This document shows, piece by piece, positions 37,491 through 50,247 of a DNA stretch of 64,000 nucleotides. Both the position numbers and the translations under genes were made by a program. Source of the stretch: Marsupella aquatica (taxonomy: Eukaryota > Plantae > Marchantiophyta); contig OZ316892.1 of NCBI GenBank assembly GCA_973895155.1, forward strand, positions 4,176,510 through 4,240,509. Direction: 5' to 3'. Below the pieces are notes generated by a model that was given only the letters and a program-made list of their open reading frames with translations, was not told where the DNA came from and searched no databases. Position 1 is the stretch's first letter; every line of letters begins with the position of its first letter.

Positions 37491-39232
37491 TTGCGGGCTG
37501 ATGAGTGGAGCGTTTGGACTGATTCAAGTTGGAAAGGGAGTGCAAGGACCAGACAAAGAAGTGGAGTGCAGAAATTGGAAGCAATCTCAAGTGTTTGGCA
37601 AAGGACGGCCAGTGAAGTGGACCTGTTTTGTGGAGTCATGACAGAGAAATATACAACTCGGGCTCCTCGACCAGAATACCCTCAAACAAAGGAAGGTATG
37701 AAACGCCTAACGGAGAACCTGGCTAAGATGGGCCTCGACTTCTTGATTAAGTTGCCATGGTCGATTCTCGATGGTTCACTACTTGAGCAGAGCACTTTTC
37801 GAACCAAGAAGCAGAAGCGTAATGAGGGCATTCGAGCCAATCCAGAAGCTTGGACATTAAAAGTGATTGCCAAAGTTTATAGGACACCAAAGAAAGAGAA
37901 AGGATTGCTGGATGGAGAGACCGAGCATCGTGGTTATGTGGAGAGCAAGTTTCAGCCCCAATCGTGGCAGAGAAGGAGCGGATGGATGATCGTGCATTGT
38001 TTGGACCTCCTTGACCTGACTCCTGTTTTTGCATTTCTGATCCCTATTCTGAAACCTGAGAAGCAAACCAGGATTTCTCTAGCCTTGGCTACCACCATTG
38101 TTGTTTCTCTAGAAGGCAAGGAGCAGATCAATTGGTCCCAGATTCTATTTGATGTCATTCATACTCAGGTGCAGAATCATATTTCTCGGATGGCTCAGAA
38201 GATTATCAAATTTTCTTATCTTCCTTCTTACATTGCTCATATCTATTGGAGTGAGAAATGTCTGAATGATGAAGAGAAGATTAAGTTGGAATTCTTATTT
38301 CCTTCGACTGAAAAACCGAAGCTCAAGAAGTGAAAGCTACCTAAGCCAGCATCAAACGAACCTGGTTCTTCTCAAGCTTCACCCTCAGATTCGACTCTTC
38401 TTGATCAGATTTGTGACATTTGAATTGCACTAGACTGAATGTGGTTGATGCTGTGACTGAATTAAGACGAGATTTGGACATCGTCGCTGGACGCCATACA
38501 GAAGCAGAACCGGTTGACGAGGACCAGGATCTATCCGAGAAGGAGACATTTGATGTTGATGCTGACTCAGAAGAGATTCCTGTCAATTCATCTCCACCCG
38601 CAACTTGTAGTCCTTCCGCATCGGTTCCTGCTGAAGAAATACCACCAGAAGTCGAGCCTACTCCAGTTGCACCAATACCTATAGCTCCTGCTTTTGTTCA
38701 TACTTCACCTCTAGAGTCAGTACCACCTCAGATTTTCAAGTTGCATCAATGGAGTCCAGCAGAATGGAATTATCGATTCAGTGAGTTAGTGAATCAAGCT
38801 GCCTTCAGCAGAAGACAAATTTTGCCACCTGTTTCCCCACCAGTTATTCATGGTCGTCAACAGAGCTTCTGTGCTACTTACACTTGTCCAAATCTGCTTT
38901 TGCCCATTGATATGCTCAGATCCTGCCGACTGGAGTCTATTGAGATGTGGAACTGGGTTTACCATTGTCGCAGAGTTTATGCCCCTTTTCCACCACCTCA
39001 TCCAGATTTTAAGTGGCCATTTGCTTACTTTACATCGGTAGGCCCTGACAGAGTAATCATTAGAAAACAGAAGGATGACACTTTAGTGGAATTCCGAGGT
39101 AAACTCAAGAAGATTATGGCTATTAAAGGCAAGACCTCCAAGGGAAGGCAACAGATTCAATGGATAGCTCAGTTACCTTCTATCAAGGTTACCCCACCTT
39201 TGTTAGATACCGGTTTTGGAGTTGGACTTTGA
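37491..39232 (+). CDS. LTR-element accessory ORFs (280 aa and 270 aa), function unknown
   Basis: Two open ORFs before the PPT; the first resembles the accessory domain in 24082-26172. Confidence 0.5.
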
Positions 39233-39388
39233 TCCTTCGATGATGTCAACAAGCGCCCATTTTTAGTTCTGATTTATTTATGTGAGATACCAAATCAGCA
39301 TCCTTCTTTTTGTGTCAATTTTGTGAAGACTTTATGAAGACATTTGAAGTTCATCTGAATTATGGCTTGTGAGGGCACGGCGCCATTT

Positions 39389-39401
39389 GAGGAGAGGGCT
39401 A
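39389..39401 (+). promoter_or_regulatory. Polypurine tract
   Basis: GAGGAGAGGGCTA lies directly before the 3' LTR. Confidence 0.8.
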
Positions 39402-40535
39402 TGTGACACCTGAATTTTTTGCAAAATCAATGGAAGATGGAAATAAGATGCAAAGTTCACGAATTAATTGCATTTTGGTACCCAAATGCCCAACTTTACC
39501 TTGCTGACAATACTTATGAAGGACGCTTCTGAGAGGTGTCCCATGGAGACCAAACTTATGAAGGACGATACTCGGCGGAAGTTCGAAGACAGATTTTTGT
39601 TACCCATTTACCCTAGTTATTTAGTGATCTTTTTCTACCTTAGTTTAGTACTCAATTTTTATTACTTTTTTTTTAAGTTTTGAAAAGGCATGACTTTTCA
39701 TTTCCCCTTTTTATGCTCCACTTAGACCTATAAGATTATTGTTTTCCTTTTTGTTTTTTTTAGTGAAGCTTGTATTCAGTATTGCAAACTTTTGCAAGTT
39801 TCCCTCCTTCCTTTGTAATCATTGCTTTTGAGAATGATTTATGAATGAAGTAAAACACTTCCTTTGTGATGTAATGAATTTATTTCAAAAGATTCCTGTT
39901 GGTGCTTGAGTTTTCATTACATATTTCCAAGATCAGATGAATTCAAATTAGGATTGCTTGTGGGTCAAGAATTGCTAAGAATTCAATGATAAATGTGGAT
40001 AAAAAGGAGCAAGATTCTGATTTCAGAATAGTTAGTACCGTTACCCTTACTTTGGCATACCCACTAGTGATAGATCGGAGTTGCGTATCGCCAAAGTTCT
40101 ATCCATGTTGACGGCATTTTAGTGAGTATCATTGTATCGGTCACCAGAAAGCTACTTTGGTGTTGGTGAGCATTTATCCTTTTTGTTTATATTTTCATGG
40201 TGATGGAGAAGAGCAATTGAGGCGAGATTTGTTGCAATCTTGTTAACACGATAAGACCAGAATCCTTTTTGAAGGAGTGGCAGTGGAGATTCAATCCATT
40301 GGACTTTGGTTCTAAAAGCTTTTCCATAATCCATGACTTGGGAATTAATCTTTTCTGTTCATTTTGTTAGTTTATCCATTTGTTTCTCTTTTGTCTGAAG
40401 ATTTGGTTGAGTGATACTCTTAAGTCTTCAAAATAGTTACAATCATTCAATCCATTCCTATTTTGTTCTTAAAGGGATCGAAACCTTGGTCTTTAAGTGA
40501 AAAGTGTCACTTTTGATTCTTCCGGCTATACCACA
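39402..40535 (+). repeat. 3' LTR (1,134 bp)
   Basis: TGTGACACC…ATACCACA; about 8 substitutions plus poly-T differences versus the reconstructed 5' LTR (counted by eye). Confidence 0.97.
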
Positions 40536-40857
40536 TAATGACATGGAGTAATCTATTCAATGTTGGACAAAGAGGCACATTGCAACAGTGTAGTAGATAA
40601 CGTTGAGACATTAGATACTGTCCACATTAAGGCATAGTCCTTGGCCCATATATCCCTAGCTTGCCATGTCAAAATCAACTTTTATAGAACAAATCTTGAC
40701 ATGCAAGAATGTTGGTTGATCTCTCGGACATCATCAACACTGACCCTTTATTTACAATTTTTTAGGGCTGAAAATTGCTTCCTAGTGAGCTACTGGCAGC
40801 AATTGGATAGCAACCTGGTTTTTATGCCAACACTAGCTCAATACTTGTGCATTGCAT

Positions 40858-41290
40858 GCACAAAAGATGTTGTGACGACCAAGATCTGGTTGAGAACAAA
40901 AGAGGTCATGTCGGCCAAGAGGTTGTTGAGAAAAAAGATGTCGTGTCGGCCAAGATGCCGGTGCGAACAAAAGATGTCGTGTTGGCCAAGAGGTCGTTGA
41001 GAACAAAAGATGTCATGTCAGCTAAGATGTTGTTGAGAAGAAAAATATTGTGTCGCCCAAGATGTCATTGAGAACAAAAGATGTCATGTTGGCCAAGATG
41101 TTAGTGAGAACAAAAGATGTCGTGTCAACCAAGAACTCGTTGAGAACAAAAGATGTCACGTTGGCCAAGATGTCAGTGAGAACAAAAGATGTCGTGTCGG
41201 CCAAGAACTCGTTGAGAACAAAAGATGTTGTGTTGGCCAAAAGGTTGTTGAGAAGAAAGATGTCATCTCGACCAAGAGGTTGTGGAAGAA
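40858..41290. repeat. 36-bp minisatellite, about 12 copies
   Basis: GAGAACAAAAGATGTCGTGTCGGCCAAGA..TCGTT units. Confidence 0.92.
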
Positions 41291-42487
41291 ATAGAGGTCG
41301 TGTTGTTGTAACGTCAGTGCCATGATCTTTACTATGTCTTTGGTCCTTATAACTTTTGTTTTTTTGGCAGTGAAAATGGCACAAAAAATGAATGTAAAAA
41401 ATCACCCTAAATATTGGGAGAATAATATTTTATTTTATTAGTGTATGTAGTCCCCTATTGCCTGAAATAGTATCTGAAATTTAACTTCTACCAATGTTAC
41501 ATGAAACTATACACTATCTGAGTCTATTAAATATCTACACCTTATTGAGTATGTACAATTCTCCCTATCATGGATCATGGAGGGAGTATCCTCCTTGATC
41601 ATTGTGCATAGTGTTAGTGACTTCCCTTGTTTGTTTGCTTATCTCATTTGATTCCCTCCTACTTGGAAATTGGTGTGACTCTTTTTCATTCACACTAAAC
41701 TAAATTTATTTTGTCTTGATTCCTTCCTTCTACCAGATTTCTTATTTTTTGTGCCCTGCAAATTTGAATGACGACCATGGGGAAGAAGACGTAACCTTGT
41801 ATTATAGAAGTTAATTGAGTTATTTAATTGCTCATATAGGTTTTTTCAAAGTGAAACCTGCAATCACATGGTTCACTAGCTGGCTTTTAATTGTCCATGT
41901 GAGCATCACTTTTGCCAATTGACCATTTGGTTGGAAGCTTTGTTGGGTAGTTGAGCTATTTAGAACCTGGTGAAAATTTGAATTGGGACCGGTTTAAAGA
42001 AGCATTACGCTATGACAGGCCCAAAACTAGGTCTCCCAGTACAGAGCAGTCATGAGTTGAAACCAGGTCAACCTTGGTCAACCTCTGGTGCAATGTCAAT
42101 CACCTCGGCTGGCCAGGAGAGAGCAAACTAAGCAGTTGCACGTGCCTGAATGCTCAATGGCATTCAGAAAGAGCTGTACGTGCCTGAATGCTCATTCTTT
42201 GAATATTAATAAAAATGATGAGAAATATCACCACACATGATCATCATTTTGACATAAGTAACATCCCATGAACCCCAATTTAAGGAATACTGAAGTATTA
42301 GATTAATTCCAATTTTATCTAAATATTATTAGTTAATGAATGATCAACCTCTTTAACATTTGGTGGGATAGTCAAAAACTTCAAATGTTTTGTTGCAAGA
42401 TCTTTATAACAATGCATCACTAAATGACATCAAGTACCTCTTGATCCATGCACAAATCCTTAATTAAACTGTCATTCATTGTTTCAA

Positions 42488-43064
42488 TTGTCTATTTAAT
42501 TATTATAGGGTTGAATACAAAAAAGATTGACATGCACCAGGGTGCGTGACCTACAGTCATAGTAAGTACCACCCTTTAATTAATTATTTTCTTTACAACA
42601 ATTAATAGGATTGTTGTATATTACAATGTCTACTGGACATTCATTTGAATGTTAATAATATCATGCCTTAATATCACCAAACTAAGGGCCCACTAACTAA
42701 TATTATATCTTAAATAAACTAACCAACTAACTAACTTGTCTATTTAATTACTATAGGGTTGAATACAAAAAAGATTGACACGCACCAGGGTGCATGACCT
42801 ACAATTATAGTATCACCCTTTAATTAGTTAGTTTCTATTGCTTTGACTCAATCAGGCATGGAACCATATAAAATCAGAAATCATTGAAAGTTGAGTTCAC
42901 TTGAGGGTGTAACTATAATTATTATTTATTAATAGGATTGTTGTATATTATAATGTCTACTGGACATTCATTTGAATGTCAATAATATCATGCCTTAATA
43001 TCACCAAACTAAGGCCCCACTAACTAATATTATATCTTAAATAAACTAACCAACTAACTAACTT
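42488..43064. repeat. AT-rich imperfect tandem duplication (two copies)
   Basis: Blocks starting at 42488/42736 and at 42601/42928 are near-identical. Confidence 0.88.
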
Positions 43065-43693
43065 AGACGATAAGACTTGTCTAAACTCTGGCTTTTTCTG
43101 CTCTCTCTCGCCATCGCTACGATCGGGATCCGCTTTAGAGCCGGTTCTGCTGTTTTAGGGTGGAATACTAGTCTGGATTGCGGGAGCACAATTGTGGAGA
43201 TCCGGTCATGAGAGTTGGAGCCAGGGGTGGCGGATGAGCCGATGCGTTAGTCTAGCGGGAGCACCTTTCCCGCTGCCACTTTTGGAGGCGGGGATTAAAA
43301 GGTAGACACATTGGAACAGGGGTTCGCATGATCTGGTGGGGTGCTACAGTGGGCGACTGAAACAAACGGTGTGGATTACGGCAACGGACCTTGGTGTCTG
43401 CAAGCTCGGATTGGACAGCGAGTGGCGGCACTCAGATTCCTAAAAGTGTTTGGAGCTGACATTGCCAAAGAGGATGGCGGAACATGCAGAGAAGAGTTAA
43501 GGCGGCACAAAGTGTGCCTGAGTGGTTCTATTCTGATGGGAGAATTATGGAATAGTTCGGGAAGGACATCTTGGTTAATGAGATTGGACCCAGTGGACTC
43601 GAGAGGAGCCTGGAGCCCTCTTCGATTACAAGGTAAGCACTGCCCCGAACATCTTATTAACGCCGTCTGACTGTCATTGCATACATTAATTTA

Positions 43694-45928
43694 ATGTCGG
43701 GCGAAGGTGAAAAGGGATTGGACTACTACGGGCGCTTAGAAACCACATCTCGTGGAAGAAGCGATCGGAATGGACGTCTTTCTGAATCAAGGAACATCCG
43801 AGTGGCTACACTGATGGCTGTCCAGACTAGAACGGGGACGCTTCAGGGGGTGAGAGGGCGCGAGACCAATCTGGTTGGTTTGGCCTCTCAGAATAAAGGA
43901 AAACTCGGAGAGGAGGGAGTGGGGAGGTGCAACCAATTCTCGGCGCAAGATGCGCGGAATGATGGGGACGGACCACGGCGGGAGAGAAAGGGAGGAGGCA
44001 ATCCTGGCCTACAGGGAGAGAGTAGGGGGGGCTCAGCCGGCTCACAACGGGAGATACAGGACGATCTGATGGACATGGAAGAGGATGAGAATGGCGGCGG
44101 CTCAGCCGGCTCACAACGGGAGATACAGGACGATCTGATGGACATGGAAGAGGATGAGAATGGCGGCGGCTCAGCTCGGGACAAGGTCCCAGCCTTGGAT
44201 GGAGAGACACGACGTAGCCTGAGAGGTGCAGAGCTCAGGGGAGAGGGTCCTGGAATCTGTGGAATCTCAAATGGTACCCGGAATCCTGATACATGGGGCC
44301 GCGAAGGAGCTGAAGAGGAGGAAACATCGGAGGAATGTATCAGAATTTTGAGAGCTGTAGCACACCGCTCTAAGGGTGACCTTGACAAAAAGCTGTTTGC
44401 CACAGTTGAATGGAACATGACGGAAGCAGCTATGAATGTGAGGCAATTATATAACCATGCCTTGCTATGCTACTTCACAGACAGAACCCCATTGCTTCCA
44501 GCCTTCAGAGACTGGGTAGAAGACGAAATGACTAGCCAAGGGCGCTGGCCGGTGCTACAAGTCAAGTTTGTGGGGAAAATTTTTTACATGGTAATCCTTG
44601 AAGAACCTGATCATCGGGATCTGGCACTGAATGGGGCGCCATGGTTTATGGAAAATAGATTTGTATACACCTTCCCATGGGATCCAACCTTTGACATAAA
44701 AAATGAGTCTTACACCAAACTGCCAGTATGGATTGAGCTACCATTTAGAGCCTTGGAGCTGGAAGGATGCAGAAGGAAAATTGCAAGCGCGCTTGGCACC
44801 CTACTATACTACATTCAAGGAGACCAATTCAATTCTTACCCACATGACCGTGCGTGCATACTATGGGACACTGACAGGGAGATACCGGCAAGTGTTCGAG
44901 TGAAAATTCAGAAGGATATAGTAATTTGGCAACCGGTGACCTTCCGCAATATTCCTTACCACTGCTACAAATGCCATAAGAAAGGGCATCTAGCCCGCAG
45001 CTGTCGAGAAGGAGATGAAGGGCAGAGGCCGACGAGTGTGCTGGAAATACCTGATGAAAAAGACGACGAACGACACTCGGAGGCTGACCCAGAAGAGATA
45101 CAAAAGGCCCAAGAGAATGCTATGGTCCGGGTTAAATTCAGGGAGAACCAAGAGTGGCAGGCGAACACGATCCGGAAAAACTCAGTTGAGGAGGAAATTG
45201 CCCATGTGGAGCTGATCATTGCGACAGATGTTAGAGAACCGGACAAAGGAACTCCAGCTAACCCACAACGGCCGAATGTGGGTGCTATTGGGATGGAATT
45301 GCTGGAGCCCACTCGTGGACCCTTGGACGCCATGGTGAGATGGGAACCGACTAGGACTAAGGGGAATTCGCGAGACTTCCCACCTGGGAGTGGACTGGCC
45401 CGGGATCCTGGAGGTAACACAGACCGCAGAGGCTCTGTTCTAAATGCCAGTGCACCAAGCTTTGGGCCAGAATTCAGCACGAAGGCCAGAACAGACACAC
45501 TCGGGCTTCCAGGATCGCTCTTAGAGGTAGAAGCCGAAGGGAATTTCTCGTACCATGGGGACACCGATGCAGAGATGTCAGAATATGAAGCTTACATATC
45601 GAATAGCAAACTCAAAGCACGAACCAGGAAACAAGAATTGAGAACCCCCCCAACTGAAGATAAAGATAAGCCGAAGGGTGAAGCAAAAAAACAACGTTCG
45701 CTGTACTTCTCACGAGGATCCATGTCTGATGCAGGTGCGGGCGAAAGCTCAACAAGGACAAACAGATTGCTCAGCCCTGAAATGAGGAGTCCGAGAAGTG
45801 AACAAAGAGGCGCAACACAAACTAAGATGAGAGACGACTACTCCCTGATAGGGGGACTGACTGAGCAGCAAACAGGGAGCGGCTCTCAGGGCTGGATGCT
45901 ATCCCCTGGAGGACGGAATCGTATCTAG
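43694..45928 (+). CDS. L1 ORF1 (DUF4283-like region plus CCHC zinc knuckle)
   Basis: ALNGAPWFM…LPVWIELP…CYKCHKKGHLARSC; 69-bp internal duplication at about 44031-44168. Confidence 0.9.
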   Translation: MSGEGEKGLDYYGRLETTSRGRSDRNGRLSESRNIRVATLMAVQTRTGTLQGVRGRETNLVGLASQNKGKLGEEGVGRCNQFSAQDARNDGDGPRRERKGGGNPGLQGESRGGSAGSQREIQDDLMDMEEDENGGGSAGSQREIQDDLMDMEEDENGGGSARDKVPALDGETRRSLRGAELRGEGPGICGISNGTRNPDTWGREGAEEEETSEECIRILRAVAHRSKGDLDKKLFATVEWNMTEAAMNVRQLYNHALLCYFTDRTPLLPAFRDWVEDEMTSQGRWPVLQVKFVGKIFYMVILEEPDHRDLALNGAPWFMENRFVYTFPWDPTFDIKNESYTKLPVWIELPFRALELEGCRRKIASALGTLLYYIQGDQFNSYPHDRACILWDTDREIPASVRVKIQKDIVIWQPVTFRNIPYHCYKCHKKGHLARSCREGDEGQRPTSVLEIPDEKDDERHSEADPEEIQKAQENAMVRVKFRENQEWQANTIRKNSVEEEIAHVELIIATDVREPDKGTPANPQRPNVGAIGMELLEPTRGPLDAMVRWEPTRTKGNSRDFPPGSGLARDPGGNTDRRGSVLNASAPSFGPEFSTKARTDTLGLPGSLLEVEAEGNFSYHGDTDAEMSEYEAYISNSKLKARTRKQELRTPPTEDKDKPKGEAKKQRSLYFSRGSMSDAGAGESSTRTNRLLSPEMRSPRSEQRGATQTKMRDDYSLIGGLTEQQTGSGSQGWMLSPGGRNRI

Positions 45929-45990
45929 GGTGACGGTGTGCTGACCAAGTGCACCACTCGACTTGGGGAGCAGCGGGGGGGGGGGAGGGG

Positions 45991-48900
45991 ATGGAGAACA
46001 TAATGCGGATTGCCACATGGAACGTCTGTGGGCTGTGTGAGACAAACCGCAAACATGTCGTCAAAAACTGGGTACAGGCACTGCGATTTCCGCTAGGATG
46101 CCTAGCTCTACAAGAAGTGAAGACGGATCAATTCCGTTTGGACATGGCTTTGAGAACAATTCTCTCAAACTATCAACACTTCTCATCGGCACCAGAGGAA
46201 GGCAGGGGAGGAACGGCACTTCTGGTCCACCCGTCTTTGAAGGTGGTAGCATCAGGCAAACTGGACCTTGGCAGAGCTGTGTGGATAATCATTGAGAACG
46301 AAGGAGGCAATTATGGAGTGGCATCTATCTATGCACCAAACTCGGCTAACTTAAGGGCTTTGCTATGGAACGAGCTTAAGGATGAGCTTCCGCAGGTAAA
46401 CTGGATCATCTGTGGCGACTTCAACATGACAGAAAGAAGAGCGGACTCAACCGGGAGATCACCTCTGATCGGCGGAAGAGAAGCGGAATTCTGGCGCTTC
46501 TTAAAAACGCGCTTTGACCTGGTAGATGCGTGGGAGATCACCGGGGGCGCTACGGGTGCCCAATTCACATGGAGAAGGATGAGAAGGGGATTAATGGTAC
46601 AATCCCGATTAGATAGGTTCTACATTAGCGAGAAGGGATGGTGGTTAGAGAAGAGAGTAGAGCTGGTGCATGAAGGAGGATCAGCGTTATCAGACCATGA
46701 CCCGGTGATACTGAAAGGGAGGTTCAGAGATGCAGGTCAGAAGGTGGAGCGAGGTAAGGTGAGACTATTCATGGCCAATCCAGCGCTTCTAAGCAACAAG
46801 GAGGACCTGGCGCTTCTAGAAGGAGCCTGGAGGGAAGGAAGGAGGGAATTTGCAAACCCTGTGCTGCGATTTTCAAAAGCGTGCTCCAATTTTAGGCAAA
46901 AATACATGGAGTTACAAGCAAGACCAAGGCTGGCAGAGGTTGAGATGGAGTTTCTTAGAGCGAGAATGAGAGCACTGAAAGCATCCATTCTGGAGGAACA
47001 CACAGAGGATGAAATCAAGGAATACACGGAAACGGAAGACACACTGCATGCAATCGAGTTGGAAGTGGCTAATAAGGGACGGAGACTTGCAAGGATTAAA
47101 TGGCTGGGAGAAGGAGACGAATCAACAAAGTTCTTCTATGCGATAGTAAAGGCTAAACGCGCCCGAGAAACCATGAACCTGATTCTCAAAGAGGATGGGA
47201 CGGAGATAACAGAGGCGGCAAGCATTGTGCTTGAAGTGGAGAAAATGTGTCAAGCACTTTATGCACCGCAGGAACCCTCACAAAGGGAGACACAAGAACG
47301 ACGGCAAGAGAGGAGATGTCTACTGCAACACACAAAATTTGCGCTTACAGCGGCAGAGAGAATGAAATTGGAAGCTCTCCCGACAACTAAAGAGGTGAAG
47401 GAAGTGCTTTGGATGCTACCAGGAGACAAATCGCCTGGCCCAGACGGCTTAACGGCAGAAGTACTGCGCGCATGCTGGGAGTTTCTGGGACAGGACTTGG
47501 TGGAAATGATACAAGAATTCTGGATGATAGGAGAGATTGATAGTGCGTTAAAAGAAGGGATAATAAAGCTCATTCCGAAGAAGCCTGATAAGAGATCACT
47601 GAAGGACTGGCGTCCCCTTACAATGTTGAACACAACGTACAAAGTCATTGCTAAGATCCTGGCATTGCGGTTACAAGAAATCATGAACAAGATAATCAGC
47701 CCCCAACAGACCGGATTTATACAGGGGCGCCACATTCTGGAAAACATCTCACTGGCCTGGCTCGCATGTGACTGGATACAGCACAAGAAGACGGAGGCAC
47801 TTTTCTTGAAGTTGGATTTCGAAAAGGCCTTTGACAGGGTGAATCACGAATACATATGGGACACAATGCACTTACTGGGAATAAGTGGCCACTTTATCAC
47901 ACTGGTACGGGCTCTGTTGGCTGGATCTTTCTCGAAGGCAATGGTCAATGGTTTTGCGACGGGTATGATTGAGCTTAAGAGGGGGGTGAGACAGGGCTGC
48001 CCCTTGTCGCCCCTACTTTTTGTCATCTTGACACAACCGCTGATGGACTTCTTAGCTGCGGAGATGGAGGCTGGGAGACTTAGTGGACTGTCAATCACGG
48101 ACACACTCACAATATGCTACAGATTATTCGCAGATGATGTTGGAATGTTCATTCCTGCCACGGAGGAAGCTTTCACCCAGGCACAAACTGCACTTGCATG
48201 TTATGAAATGGGTTCTGGAGCAAAGCTGAACCTACGAAAATCTGTGGTGATTCCCTTGGCAATTGAGGTCATCCTGGATTGGCTGCTGTACTCTGGCTGT
48301 CAAGTGAGTGCAATGGGGGAGGTTCATAAATATCTGGGCGCTCCCTTGGGGGCCGGGCTGAAGACTGAGCAACTGCACAGATTCTGCCTAGATAAAATCA
48401 GCTCACGACTGTCATCCTGGACAAATAAGCTCCTCTCTTTCACAGGTCGAACCTTATTGGTCAAACACGTGCTCCAGGCCATCCCAATCTACCATGTGAT
48501 GCACCTCAAGGCTTCAGCGGGTCTGGCCAAGAAACTCATTGCCCTCAGTAGAGATTTTCTGTGGGGATATAATCCTGCAGGTGGGAAGAAAATTCCGCTG
48601 GTGGCATGGGACAAGATGACACTTCCAAAAATAGAGGGCGGCCTGGGATTCAAGGACTTCAGAAGCCACTCCAATGCATTATTATCACAATGGTTCACTA
48701 AGGCCCTAGAGTATCCAGACAGGGAATGGTCGAAGATGCTGGCAGCCAACTTATCTTTAATGGGATGGTTGAATTACAAGGTGATCAGAAGAAACAATTA
48801 CACGTTCAAGGATAGGCTTCTGCTCTGTACTCCTAGGGCAGGCGGTGGTCTCAGGTATACAAGTGGTCTATGGAAGGCTTGGGAGGAGCTGCGTGCCCAT

Positions 48901-49935
48901 CTGGCTTTTTGTCCTGGGAGATATGGTGCCCCTGGACGCTGGAGCATTAACGATGCAATTAGATGTATGGTAGATTTCAATTCATTGCCAAATGTGGACA
49001 TTGTAGGAGTCACTGCTATTTGTGGACACTTGGGAATGAGATCAATTCAGGACGGATGGTCGGTGGAGACAGGGGGCTGGAAAGACCTTCCGCTTAGGGG
49101 GCAGGTGCTGCGAGGATTCACGGGGGAGCACAGAGGGCTGGCTAGAGCGTTCCCAGGGAGAATTTGGGAGTCAACTGCCTGCAGGTGGGACAGGGATCCT
49201 CCGGCCAGATAGTGGCGCTGGTCTGACAGGGCAGAACCTCTCAAGGACTTTCAGATCACCAACTGCAGGGTCTACCAGTTCTTGAGACCCAAGATGAGCC
49301 TTCATGTGCTGCTTAATAGGTGCTGGTCCTCACACCGGTCGGAAATTGAATGGTGCATTGGATGGAAGAAGCTGTGGATTTCTGACCTCTCCTGCAGGGC
49401 AAAAACCTTTATCTGGCGGATCCTGGTTGGTGGATTGTTTACTGGTCAACGGGCCCTCCGTATCCAGGCTGGTACTGGGAATTGCAAGCTTTGCTGTGGG
49501 GTCTTGGAGACGATGCAACATTTGTTCATTGAATGTTCCCATGCCTCATGTTGCTGGAGGATGTGTGACAGGATTTTGACGGAGCTTCGCTTACCCATTG
49601 GAGGTGGTCTGCTGGCTATTCTTGATGCATTGACAGGACCGGAGCCTATTCACACTGCTAGGATCTTTTGTGTATATCAGACTCTCTGGATGATTTGGCT
49701 GGGAAGAAATGAACATATGTTCTCTGACAAGGTGGGACGTTCATTTGACTTGGGCCTGATGCTTGCTGAGACTGCCAATCACATCCATGCGGTTGGGGCT
49801 GGTTTACGCTTTGGGCGGCGTCGCTCTCGGTTGAACCGGGCTCAGGAATGGTTGCGGGGAACGAGGCAAATCTGGCTGGGACGGGGTGGGGACAGGATTC
49901 TCTTGGTGCCCTCTAGCGGCGGTGTTGCTGATTGA
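45991..49935 (+). pseudogene. L1 ORF2 (AP endonuclease, reverse transcriptase, zf-RVT) with one in-frame stop
   Basis: ATWNVCG, LQEVK, GDFN, SRLDRF, SDHDP, KSPGPDG, WRPLTMLN, KLDFEKAFD, GVRQGCPLSP, LFADD; TAG at 49210-49212, frame continues to CKLC…ETMQHLFIEC. Confidence 0.95.
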
Positions 49936-50247
49936 GGGGTCTGCTTTTTGGGGGGCTGCTGTGGGAAGGGCATGGGTGCTCTCTTGATCGGTGTTATTTC
50001 CCTTCTTTGAGGGGGGGCTCTCCCTGGGGCTTTGATGCTCTCTTTTGTGCTTTTGGGCTCTCTTTGTGGCTCGCTAGTGTGCTGTTGCTGTCCCTGTATT
50101 AAGGGCTGTTGTTCCCCCTATCCGTGGGGTCTTTCACGGTATTAAAATTTATAAAAAAAACCATTCCAAGGAAACTTGAGTTCTTTGGCTACTACTATTC
50201 TGAGTTGCCTTTTAAACTGTATGCTAAACTACATGCTTCATTATTGT

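Larger units (their letters stand above)
12995..40535 (+). mobile_element. Non-autonomous Ty3/Gypsy (Athila/Tat-like) LTR retrotransposon, about 6.5 kb net of the nested CACTA-2
   Basis: TG…CA LTRs, TSD TAATG (12990-12994 and 40536-40540), PBS and PPT present, no RT/RNaseH/integrase recognisable. Confidence 0.95.
43090..50160 (+). mobile_element. L1-clade LINE, apparently full length
   Basis: 5' UTR, ORF1, ORF2, GT-rich 3' UTR and short A-tail (50153-50160); 5' boundary approximate; no TSD found. Confidence 0.93.

Noticed and set aside
40858-41290. 36-bp repeats as a CRISPR array or repeat protein
   Set aside because: Head-to-tail units without unique spacers, no cas genes, eukaryotic context.
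43827-49244. Minus-strand ORFs over the L1
   Set aside because: Antisense shadows of ORF1 and ORF2 with no recognisable motifs.
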